Assembly (NCBI GenBank): GCA_000146045.2 | Contig: BK006946.2 | Coordinates: 704,001 to 768,000, forward strand | Direction of reading: 5' to 3' | From: TPA_inf: Saccharomyces | Lineage: Eukaryota | Length of the DNA stretch: 64,000 nucleotides | In this document: piece after piece, positions 11,638 through 21,933 of the stretch | How positions within the stretch are numbered: the first letter of the stretch is position 1 | Layout of the letters: every line of letters begins with the position of its first letter | Notes under the pieces: model-generated | Seen by the model: only the letters and a program-made list of their open reading frames with translations | Database searches by the model: none | What the model was told of the DNA's origin: nothing | Program-made: the position numbers and the translations under genes

Positions 11638-12309
11638 TCAGGTCAACTGCTGGAGCCATTGAGCCACTTTTCTCACAAACCCTCTTGAGTTCGGCACAAA
11701 GTGGCCCCCAGAGTGCATTAGTAAAGTGCGAGAGTCTTCCGTACAAGAGTTATATAGGCCTTGCACTTTGGCCGGCTCTGTGATAGTGTCAAGTTCTCCT
11801 TGAACATGTAGAGATGGGACCGATATTGGATGCAGGTCGTACTGTTCTTGATACTGTTGTGGTTGGAACCTGAAACCACTGACCGCCATGAAAAATTCTA
11901 GCGGCGGCTGTTCTTCTGTTGTAAGGCCCAACAAACCATTGAAATCCGTTGCTAGGTATCCAGCTACACCGGCTCCTTGACTAAATCCTACAATACCTGC
12001 AAATGGACCATTTTCAAGGACATAATTGTGTAAATAGTCGATTGTCGTCTGCGGTATGAAATAGCCACCGGTGGAAGGGTCATTCTCTAGCCACGCAAGC
12101 ACACCGGTATTCTCACCATCCCCAGGTGCATCAGCAATTACCTCACCCAAGAAATCAGGAACATCAGCTGGGGGAAATTCATTGGGTGCTGTTGGATAGT
12201 AGAGTTTATATCCTAACTTTTCCATTTCGGCGCGAAACCCCTTTGTCTTAGAGGCAAAGTAGTCACCTGACTGCGCAAGCCCATGTAACATCAATACATT
12301 CTTCGTCAT
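11638..12309 (-). CDS. FSH2: FSH2, serine hydrolase of the FSH1 family, 223 aa
   Basis: A 223-aa ORF with the alpha/beta-hydrolase nucleophile motif GFSQG, at the YMR222C position. Confidence 0.85.
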   Translation of the reverse strand: MTKNVLMLHGLAQSGDYFASKTKGFRAEMEKLGYKLYYPTAPNEFPPADVPDFLGEVIADAPGDGENTGVLAWLENDPSTGGYFIPQTTIDYLHNYVLENGPFAGIVGFSQGAGVAGYLATDFNGLLGLTTEEQPPLEFFMAVSGFRFQPQQYQEQYDLHPISVPSLHVQGELDTITEPAKVQGLYNSCTEDSRTLLMHSGGHFVPNSRGFVRKVAQWLQQLT

Positions 12310-12714
12310 GGTTACAGCTATTAAATCTTATAGTCTTGTAGTATTGCACATTCTTTCTTCACTTATACCTTTTTTTTCTTCTCTATTCTTCCTTTTTTTG
12401 CTTTTCTTTGAATTTTTCAAGTGAAAAAAAATCCTCGATTATAGTGTGTAAAAAGCATCAATAATTTATATTGTATATGGGCTAGAAAGCTGTCGTAATA
12501 GCAAAGGGATTATATTAGTGGACCTGATTAATTCTAAAAAGATATTTTACGGATAATAATAAAGGTTTTCTTTTGAGACCAGTTAGTCCATTTCTTTCAA
12601 CTGGCTGTCATAATTTTGAATACTATTTATTGATCGGATCAAAAGGGAAAACTACAGCTTCGGTCCTCGTCGTCCTACTTGAAACCCTGCTTTTTTTATT
12701 TGTTATTAATAATT

Positions 12715-14130
12715 ATGAGCATTTGTCCACATATACAGCAAGTATTTCAGAATGAAAAGTCTAAAGATGGGGTTCTAAAAACGTGCAATGCTGCCAGGTA
12801 TATATTAAATCATTCCGTACCCAAGGAAAAATTCTTAAACACCATGAAATGTGGTACATGCCACGAAATAAACTCTGGTGCAACTTTCATGTGTCTACAA
12901 TGTGGATTTTGTGGATGTTGGAACCATTCGCATTTTCTCTCTCACAGTAAACAGATTGGTCACATATTTGGTATCAACTCAAATAATGGCCTTTTATTTT
13001 GCTTCAAATGTGAGGACTATATAGGGAATATCGATCTGATTAACGATGCTATCCTAGCGAAGTATTGGGACGACGTGTGCACAAAGACCATGGTTCCTAG
13101 CATGGAAAGAAGAGATGGGCTTTCTGGCCTGATCAACATGGGATCCACTTGTTTCATGAGTAGTATTCTCCAATGTCTAATCCATAACCCTTACTTTATT
13201 AGGCACTCAATGAGTCAAATTCATTCTAATAATTGTAAAGTGCGTTCTCCAGATAAATGTTTTTCATGTGCACTCGATAAAATTGTTCATGAACTTTATG
13301 GAGCGCTGAATACAAAGCAAGCTTCTTCGTCATCTACATCTACTAATCGGCAAACCGGATTCATATATCTTTTAACTTGTGCCTGGAAAATCAATCAAAA
13401 TCTAGCAGGGTATTCACAACAAGATGCTCATGAATTTTGGCAGTTTATAATTAACCAAATCCACCAAAGCTATGTTCTTGATTTGCCAAATGCCAAGGAA
13501 GTCAGCAGAGCAAATAATAAGCAGTGTGAATGCATAGTGCATACTGTGTTTGAGGGCTCCTTGGAAAGTTCTATTGTGTGTCCAGGCTGTCAAAATAATT
13601 CAAAGACAACCATTGATCCATTCTTGGATCTTTCTCTGGATATCAAGGATAAGAAAAAACTTTATGAATGTCTTGACAGTTTCCATAAAAAAGAACAGTT
13701 GAAGGATTTCAACTATCATTGTGGGGAGTGTAACAGCACTCAAGATGCAATAAAGCAACTAGGCATACACAAATTACCATCGGTTTTGGTTTTGCAATTG
13801 AAAAGATTCGAACACCTACTTAATGGAAGTAACAGAAAACTAGACGATTTTATTGAATTTCCAACTTATTTAAATATGAAAAATTACTGTTCAACGAAGG
13901 AAAAAGATAAGCATTCTGAAAATGGCAAGGTTCCAGACATTATTTACGAATTAATCGGTATTGTTTCCCACAAGGGGACGGTTAATGAGGGACATTATAT
14001 TGCATTTTGTAAAATTTCTGGAGGGCAATGGTTTAAATTCAATGATTCCATGGTCTCCTCTATATCTCAAGAAGAGGTTTTAAAGGAACAGGCATATTTA
14101 TTATTCTACACCATTCGTCAAGTAAATTGA
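12715..14130 (+). CDS. UBP8: UBP8, the SAGA ubiquitin protease, 471 aa, with an N-terminal ZnF-UBP and a USP catalytic domain
   Basis: The ORF-track frame begins at 12679, but the protein start MSICPHIQQVFQNEK is the in-frame ATG at 12715. The Cys box (GLINMGSTCFMSS) and His box are present. Confidence 0.9.
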   Translation: MSICPHIQQVFQNEKSKDGVLKTCNAARYILNHSVPKEKFLNTMKCGTCHEINSGATFMCLQCGFCGCWNHSHFLSHSKQIGHIFGINSNNGLLFCFKCEDYIGNIDLINDAILAKYWDDVCTKTMVPSMERRDGLSGLINMGSTCFMSSILQCLIHNPYFIRHSMSQIHSNNCKVRSPDKCFSCALDKIVHELYGALNTKQASSSSTSTNRQTGFIYLLTCAWKINQNLAGYSQQDAHEFWQFIINQIHQSYVLDLPNAKEVSRANNKQCECIVHTVFEGSLESSIVCPGCQNNSKTTIDPFLDLSLDIKDKKKLYECLDSFHKKEQLKDFNYHCGECNSTQDAIKQLGIHKLPSVLVLQLKRFEHLLNGSNRKLDDFIEFPTYLNMKNYCSTKEKDKHSENGKVPDIIYELIGIVSHKGTVNEGHYIAFCKISGGQWFKFNDSMVSSISQEEVLKEQAYLLFYTIRQVN

Positions 14131-14574
14131 TTCAGCAAATAGCATTCAACAATAATAATAAAACAAAAAAGAAGAAAAAGCTATGCATATTCCTATCACA
14201 GTTAACGCTTGCTTCCGTTCTTTTTTCTATATCATCGTTTCCATCATGTTTTTCTTTAAATTGAATACTTTCCTATGCTCTTAATGAGTTGCGATTGTGC
14301 ATATACTGTATTTCAAAATCCTTTGTATCTAACTAAGGAAGAAAATTACTATGACGTTTATTCAGGATTTTTTTTTTTCATTCCTTGCTATACGAACAAA
14401 AGAGCAAAGGCTGGAAAACTAAGTGAGTTTATATATAGTAATAATTAAAGAACATATCATTATCATGAATTTAGAATGCAAATTTGCTCCTCTCAAAATG
14501 GCATACCTTGTTGTTCGCGAAGGCAAGCCCTTGGTTATAAATAGGATATAATATAATATAGGGATCAAGTACAA

Positions 14575-16653
14575 CTATTTTCTTTTCTTAGCAAGGAGAC
14601 TTCCAAGAATATCCGTCTTTGGCGTCCTTGATGCTCTTCCTTTTCCCCTTCTGGAAGCGGTTTTGGTGCTCGCAGCAGGACGAGTCTTTGTTTTTGTTTT
14701 TCGACCATTAAGTAAACCATAACTAGCGTCCTCTTCGTCAGTACTGACCATAATTATGTCATTCTCATCAATATCAACATCATCTTGAGCATCGTTATTA
14801 TCACCGAGTTCATTTTCTGCATCGGATATGACAGTTGAGTCTGAAAAAGCAGGAATTTTCTTTTTCGTTGCAGTTCGCACTCGTTTGGGTTTGCTCGTTG
14901 GCTTACTGCTTTCCGCTTGACTAATATGGGTTATTCTTGATTCATTATCAACATGTGATTGGGTAATGTCTGGAGATCCAGTTCTTACTTCTCTATTACT
15001 AGACCGGAAGGAATCTAGCCCATTACCATTGAATGCGAAATTTGTCTCATCATTTTCTTTAGGGGGAGTCGGCCTAACACTGTTAGCACGCTTAACCTGT
15101 TTTATAAGCGCTTTCATTTCCTCTGCATCATCTGTTCTCAGAAATTCTTCATTCGTAGATAATATTCCAACTTCGTTCGATATTTCATGGCTAATAAATT
15201 CTTTAAGAGCTGTTTTCTCATCTTTATCTACAAACTTCTTTACTGCTTCATTCAAACCAACTTCTGGTAATAAAGATAGTTGCATTTTGTTCAAGAGATC
15301 ATTAACCAAAGTTTGAACTTCTAGTTCACCGCCACTTTCGCTGAAAAGTTTCTCAACATCTCTATCACTGATGCTTGTTCCATTTATACCGGATTTTTTT
15401 GATCTAGTTACAGGTGACCTTTTTTTATAAAACTGCACAACGTTATTACCGTTAGCAACACGTCCCACAAATCGATTGCTAAATCTACGCGGGTTTTCAA
15501 CTTGGTAATCTATTGGGGATTGTGTATTGGAGGGTGCACTATAATCAACACGTAATCTGATCAATGGTTTCGGTAATTCCGCAACCATGTCACCTTCACC
15601 ATCGTCCGCTAATTTTTGTTTAGTTTCCTCATTAGCGTCGCGGATCATTTCTTCAACTTGTTCAATAAGATACTTAGACGTAGCATCTTTATCGTGAGGC
15701 CTCAAATGGGGAACATCTTGTAACGAAATGGATTTCATTTTGAATGTCCGTATAGTCTCAAGAGGAATAGGTGTCATTTTTGGTGCTTCTCCATACTTTA
15801 TGTCAAGGATAAAGACATACTTGGGTTGTGCCTCAGCCTCACAAAGTGAAGTAGCTACAGATGAACCTGGTTGTAATACATCAAAATTTTTAATTGGATT
15901 GTGTACGAGATTCGGAATACACTCATGTTCATGACCCCATATCACCATATCCAGGAAATCTGGCAAGAACTGTTCAGGTAAAAATGCAGTATTCGTGTGA
16001 CCTGTATGATTTTGATGGACGCACATTAAATTAAACCATTCACCTTCTCGCATAGTCGGTACTTCAAAAGTGACACCACCATCCTTAAAAGTTCTAAATA
16101 ACCTTTCATCACGAACAGCGGCTAATCCGTACAATGCTAACTTAGTGGACCCTTTCTGAAATAATAATGGCACGACTTTTATTTTATCAGATTCGATGAC
16201 TTTCCCGAAATGATTTATTAGACCAGTCGCATGAAGTATATCCATAGGACACAACAGTGAGTCCCCCGACGCATCATCATGATTACCTGATATGCCGAAT
16301 ACGGGAATAGAAATATTAAAGTTGGGGTCCTCATAGTTAACGTTGGTAAATTCATCGTAGTGAAAAACTTGTGAGGGATCGCTCAATAATTCTAACTCGC
16401 AAGGCTTGTCACCCATGCAACATAATCTCAAAGTCTTCAGTACTTGGTAGAGTGACTTCTTGGAAGGCTTATTCACGTGAAAAAGATCACCGGACTGTAC
16501 AACCATGTCTACGTTGTTATTTTTGGCCAGCATCATGACTTCATGGAAAGTTTTCCAAGAATCATCGCCAGTAATGGGATCATTTTCGTTGTAACCCACA
16601 TGATTATCTGTAGTAATTAAAATCCTTATTGTGTCTGGATCAGGATAGTCCAT
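14575..16653 (-). CDS. MRE11: MRE11 nuclease, 692 aa
   Basis: The phosphoesterase motifs ([24 protein letters not shown]) and a 692-aa length match MRE11. Confidence 0.95.
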
Positions 16654-16959
16654 AGTCGAGTTTTATCGGATCTGAGCAGGTACAACTTGCGTCAATTGTC
16701 TGCATTCTCTTAATGTTGTTTCCACATTGTCTTCCTTACAAGCGTAAAGAGTAATTTAATATGGCTATAATGTTTGGGTTCTATTCGATTGGCCATACTA
16801 TTTAAACCTTAAGTCAGTTTGGTTGGGTATATCTATCTATACGTTTGTGTAATTGCATATATATTATTTACAGGCTTGCTTGTGAACTCTGACTTTGTTT
16901 TTGTTAGAATATTAGAAACGTGCATGCCTACAATGAGATTTGTAGATGCCTTTATTTTC

Positions 16960-17403
16960 TCAATGCATTTCCAACATATGTTTGAGATCCAGCTGTTTCG
17001 AGTGACGGTCGAAATGATTGGCTAATTCCTGAAAGTTCATGTTTGATGGATCGACTTCCATTTCTTTTTTGTCCTTGTAGGTTACTTTCACAAGAGGCTT
17101 GACTTTATTGTAATCTGAGATAATTTCCGATTGAATCTGCGTGCCCATGTTTCGTTGCGTTGGTGGAATGGCAGCAAGTACTAACCTAGCAACTTTCGCT
17201 GAAATCAATGATATGACCATATCATTTGCTGTTAGTATTTGTGATAGATCGGTTCGAGCCTACCTCAGCCTAGTTTAGCCAAATCTTTAAATCATGATGG
17301 CCAAAGGTAAGGAGAACGAATAACAGAGCGAAAAAAAATACATACCTTCCTTGCCAAAGGGATTAAACCTGACAATTACCTTACTGAAGTATTTAGTTAT
17401 CAT
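16960..17403 (-). CDS. MRPL44: MRPL44, mitochondrial ribosomal protein, 98 aa, encoded in two exons
   Basis: Exon 1 is 17346..17403 (ATG at 17403-17401, MITKYFSKVIVRFNPFGKE plus one nucleotide). The intron is 17199..17345 (147 nt) with GTATGT at its 5' end, TACTAAC at 17237-17231 and 3' splice site TTTCAG at 17204-17199. Exon 2 is 16960..17198. The spliced frame gives ...FGKEAKVARLVLAAIPP..., 98 aa. Confidence 0.8.
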
Positions 17404-17592
17404 GGCGAAGATATAATTAAGCTCGTTTCTTCTTCACATCTGTTCATCCTCTATTTGAGGATCCATAAGTTTATCTCTTTTATTTCGCCGGTATATTCCG
17501 TAGAATCGCGCAAAACGGTTCAGGGAAGAATGAAATAGCTAAAAAGTCTTACATGTATAAAAAGTATACAGATTTACTTAGTTTAGCTAGGT

Positions 17593-18396
17593 TTATCCAC
17601 GGAAGATATGATGAGGTGACGCTTGGTTTGTTGGAAAGATTAAAGTGTCTGCAATTACAGTATTTTGTTTTCTGGAAGTTGCATAGACGATCAGATCAGC
17701 CACGTCATCAGCCATCAATGGGGTAGTATCCTTGTAAACATTCTTGGCTTGTTCCTCGTTACCTCTGTATCTAACTAGTGAAAATTCAGTCTCGACTAGC
17801 CCTGGTGCAATTAGAATGACTCTAATTTTAGTGTTGATGAGCTCCTTTCTCAAACTATCAGTGAACGCCCCCACGGCAAACTTAGAGGCACAATAGATAG
17901 AACCTGTTGGGTATGCGTCTCTGCCAGCGATTGAACCCAAATTTACAATATCTCCTGAATTCTTGGCTTGGAATATGGGCAGTACAGCTTGTGTGATATT
18001 GATTAAAGCCGTGACGTTGGTGTCAAACACGTCCTGGATATCCTCCGTTGCGATCTGGCCCACACGGTCACTGCCAAGAGCCTTTCCGGCATTGTTCACC
18101 AGAATGTCAATATCCTTGAACTCTTGTGGCAAGTTTTCAATGAAGGGCTTGATTTTTTCTGCTTGAGTGATATCCAGCTGGGCCACATGAACTTTTGCGT
18201 TTGGAAACTCTTGATCAATGGTCTTCTTCAATTCCTCGAGCTTTTCTAATCTTCTAGCAGCCAAGATCAGTTTCATATCACCATTGGATGCCTCCAAGTA
18301 CTCTAATGCGGTCGCCTTACCAATACCAGCAGATGCACCTGTAATGAGGACAGTCTTCTTAGCCAATCTTTCTGCAGCTTTTCTACCTTGGGACAT
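17593..18396 (-). CDS. TMA29: TMA29, NADP-dependent short-chain dehydrogenase/reductase, 267 aa
   Basis: The SDR fold TGASAGIG and the catalytic YCASK are present. The start [14 protein letters not shown] is taken from memory, two codons inside the ORF-track frame. Confidence 0.85.
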
Positions 18397-18612
18397 TATC
18401 AAAATACGTTCTCAATGTTCTATTTCCCGCCTTTACTAGTGAGCTTGAACACTTTCTATGCGCCATGCTGTTTCATCTATCCTCCTTTCTTCAGCTTTTT
18501 ATATCGCTCCGATAAGAAAAATCGGTGTCGTGCCTTAATATATATCAATGCTATACGTCATAGAGTAGAGTCGTATAGTGTATAAGAGTAATATATAGAT
18601 GATAAAGAGAAC

Positions 18613-20385
18613 TTACTCATCACCCTCTGCACCAAATAGCATCATCATATCGAGATCGTTCTGGTCGAGTGTTTCCTCTGCGGGGGCTTCATCAAGTTCG
18701 CGCACCACCTTGTTCTCTTGTATGTGTTCCCGTTCATGCACATTATCCTCGTCCTCATCGTTTTCTTCGTCATCCTCCTCGTCTTCGTCCACTTCATCCT
18801 CTTCCTCTTCTTCTTCCTCTTCCTCTTCTTCTTCCTCGACGTTATTTGCAGTTTCTGCGTCAGAGCGATGTTGATGTTGTTTCTGGACAGAATCTTCGGT
18901 TTGTTGTAACTGCTTACGTTTTAGTTCAGCCTCCTTCTCGAGCTTTTTAATGCTATCTATGAACCTGCTTTTCAAAAGAGGATTCGTGGCTTTACTTAAT
19001 TTATGCTTGGTATGGGCCAGGGTGGTCTCTAGTTCGTTCAATTCGTCCGCAAGTAATTCAGTGTGCTGTCTGTTTTCGTCTTTTTCGTCATCAGATTCAC
19101 TTTCCCCACCAGCAGCTTCAATGTCACCGTCGTCATCATCGTCATCATCTTCTCCGCCTGTGTCTTGATCCACCTCATCACCGACTTCCTCTTGTTGTTG
19201 CTCCTTGTCTCCCTCGGCACCGCTACCTTCCTCTTCACTTTCAAAAGCAGCGCCTAGGTCAAGATCCTCCTCTTCTTCTTCTTCCATTCCTTCTTCTCCC
19301 TCTTCTTCTGCACCTTGTTTTCCTACTGCCGAAGCAATTGTGTGTATCTCTTCTTTCTTTAAAGCAGGTCTAGATAAAGGCTCTCCAGGCTCCTCTTTGA
19401 AATTTTCCCAACTAGAAACACGCTCTTGCCTCGCTTGCAGTTCACTTTTATCAACCAGATCATAGCTGACCTCTTCTGCCTGTTTATCTTGCTTCAAAAG
19501 CATATCAACCACTTTTTCTACATAGTCTATTTCATTAGGGTCCATTTTCCGTCTAAATCGTCTATTTCGAACATTGTACAAAGGTGGTGATATTCCATGT
19601 TTGTAGTCATAGCCCTTCAAAGCTATTTCTTTCAAATGTTTAGCCTCCATATCACTTAAAGGCGCACCATTGTATCCTTTTAAGAAGGTTTCTTTATTCT
19701 CCCAAATTTCATCCTCTATGCCTTCAAAATGCTTAACAACCAGATCTTCTGTATCAGGGGCTTCTAGGGCATATACTTCTTCCTCTTCTTGTATAGGTCT
19801 TATGCATAGTAGCATTTGTGATACGTCAAATGTCTTCAGGAGGTTTTTTCTATCGACGCTCTTGTTCACTTCTATAACTGTAGGCAAATCTACTAGAATG
19901 GCACCATACATTACATCGTTTATTGTTACGACAGCGTGTCTCTCGTTTTTCCACTTGATACTTATCCCAGAATAATCACCTGATTCTAACGAATTTTTTA
20001 CAAACTCTAACTGTATGTCTGGAAGTATCCTTAATATCACACCACTCTCTATGAGAGGGTCATCTTCAATATCAGAGGCTTCTGAGTCGTACGCTTCCCC
20101 AGGAATTCTAATAGGTTTGAGACGTAGCTTTGGCGCCTTGTGTATCTTCTTAACTGGTTCTTCATTTTTTTTCAAGTTTAACTTTAACTTCAATGAATTC
20201 TTCTTCTCTTTGCCGTCAGCACTCTCTTTCTTTTTCTTTAGGTTTATCTTTAATTTAGGCTTTGGTTTGATATCTTCATCAGTTACCTTTGTCTTTATGC
20301 GAATTCTCTTTAGTTTAGGCTCGCCTTCTAATGGTTGATCCTTCTCTCCTGGTCCTCTGGGTTTTTTAATTCTTATAACAGCCAT
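18613..20385 (-). CDS. TAF7: TAF7 (TFIID subunit), 590 aa, with long poly-acidic C-terminal tracts
   Basis: The protein begins [11 protein letters not shown] at the in-frame ATG at 20385; the ORF-track frame extends 13 codons further upstream. The C-terminus carries E/D runs encoded by GAA/GAG/GAT repeats. Confidence 0.85.
18796..18837. repeat. (GAA/GAG)n trinucleotide repeat encoding the poly-Glu tract of TAF7
   Basis: The plus strand reads CCTCTTCCTCTTCTTCTTCCTCTTCCTCTTCTTCTTCCTC. A second GAT/GAC run encoding poly-Asp is at about 19118-19152. Confidence 0.9.
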
Positions 20386-20625
20386 ATTTACGTCGATTAT
20401 TGCGACTAATTTGAATGGTAACACTGTCTCTTGTTTATGTAGTTCTTCCTATTCTTCTCGCTTTTATTATTTTTGCTAGCAAGTTTTGTCTTGAAATTTT
20501 ATTTACTGTTCTCATCGGCCGAATAACAGCGATATTATTGTATGATGATAATAGAGATGAAACTTTACAAATGCGGTTACTACGTCAGTCAATACCATTC
20601 TTTGAAGTAAGAAGGCTCAGCAACT

Positions 20626-21651
20626 ATGTCTGTTCCAATCCCTGGTATTAAAGATATCTCCAAACTTAAGTTCTTTTATGGTTTCAAATATTTATGGAAT
20701 CCAACAGTATACAATAAAATCTTTGATAAGCTGGATTTAACTAAAACGTATAAACATCCAGAAGAATTGAAAGTACTTGACCTCTACCCTGGTGTTGGTA
20801 TACAATCAGCTATTTTTTATAATAAATATTGCCCCAGGCAATATTCTTTATTAGAAAAACGCTCAAGTCTCTACAAGTTTCTGAATGCAAAATTCGAAGG
20901 GTCTCCATTGCAAATTCTAAAAAGAGATCCATATGACTGGTCAACCTACTCGAATCTAATTGACGAAGAGCGAATATTTGTTCCTGAAGTTCAATCCTCA
21001 GATCATATTAATGATAAATTTCTAACCGTTGCTAATGTGACGGGGGAGGGTTCTGAAGGTCTTATAATGCAGTGGCTGTCCTGTATTGGAAACAAGAACT
21101 GGTTGTATAGGTTTGGTAAAGTAAAGATGTTATTATGGATGCCAAGCACAACAGCTAGAAAACTTCTAGCTAGGCCAGGCATGCATTCTAGATCCAAATG
21201 TTCAGTAGTAAGGGAGGCATTTACAGATACTAAACTCATTGCCATATCAGACGCAAATGAATTGAAGGGATTTGATAGTCAATGCATAGAAGAATGGGAT
21301 CCCATTTTATTTAGTGCTGCGGAAATATGGCCTACAAAGGGAAAGCCAATTGCGTTAGTAGAAATGGACCCAATTGACTTCGATTTTGACGTAGATAATT
21401 GGGATTATGTCACGAGGCACTTAATGATTTTGAAAAGAACACCCTTGAATACTGTCATGGACTCGCTGGGACATGGTGGCCAACAATATTTTAATAGTAG
21501 AATCACTGACAAAGATCTGCTAAAAAAGTGTCCGATTGATTTGACAAATGACGAGTTTATATATCTAACGAAATTATTCATGGAGTGGCCTTTCAAACCA
21601 GATATTTTAATGGATTTTGTTGATATGTATCAAACAGAGCACTCTGGTTGA
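20626..21651 (+). CDS. MTF1: MTF1, mitochondrial RNA polymerase specificity factor, 341 aa
   Basis: N-terminus MSVPIPGIKDISKLKFFYGFKYLWNP and a 341-aa length. Confidence 0.9.
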   Translation: MSVPIPGIKDISKLKFFYGFKYLWNPTVYNKIFDKLDLTKTYKHPEELKVLDLYPGVGIQSAIFYNKYCPRQYSLLEKRSSLYKFLNAKFEGSPLQILKRDPYDWSTYSNLIDEERIFVPEVQSSDHINDKFLTVANVTGEGSEGLIMQWLSCIGNKNWLYRFGKVKMLLWMPSTTARKLLARPGMHSRSKCSVVREAFTDTKLIAISDANELKGFDSQCIEEWDPILFSAAEIWPTKGKPIALVEMDPIDFDFDVDNWDYVTRHLMILKRTPLNTVMDSLGHGGQQYFNSRITDKDLLKKCPIDLTNDEFIYLTKLFMEWPFKPDILMDFVDMYQTEHSG

Positions 21652-21933
21652 AAAAAGTGCTTTTAAAATTTACTTCATTATTTAATAAATATGTGATTTT
21701 AGCGTGTGAATATAAAAAATACATAGAACTCAATCTTCGTTAACACGGAACCATCTTGTAATCAAGAAGCGAGAAGCGGAACTAAAACTTTAAGAAAAGG
21801 AGCTCTACGAACCGTCAAAGCTAAATTGATCGATAGAAATTGCTTCTTGAAACTTTACATTCTATGTACTTTACAAATATACTTTACAAACTTAGCCATT
21901 TATATTACTTTACAGTTAAAAATCCATCAGGAA

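Noticed and set aside
17176-17188. A plus-strand TACTAAC (gcaagTACTAACctag) near the MRPL44 intron
   Set aside because: It is on the strand opposite the gene, inside MRPL44 exon 2, with no matching GTATGT donor. It is a coincidence.
17229-17230. An AG two nucleotides downstream of the MRPL44 branch point as the 3' splice site
   Set aside because: It is too close to the branch point to be used, and it would give a protein that disagrees with the known MRPL44 sequence. The next AG at 17200-17199 gives the correct frame.
18599-19465. Several Ser/Pro-rich plus-strand ORFs antisense to TAF7
   Set aside because: They are a by-product of the GAA/GAT trinucleotide repeats on the coding strand; the antisense frames read as poly-Ser/Leu. 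They have no independent start context.
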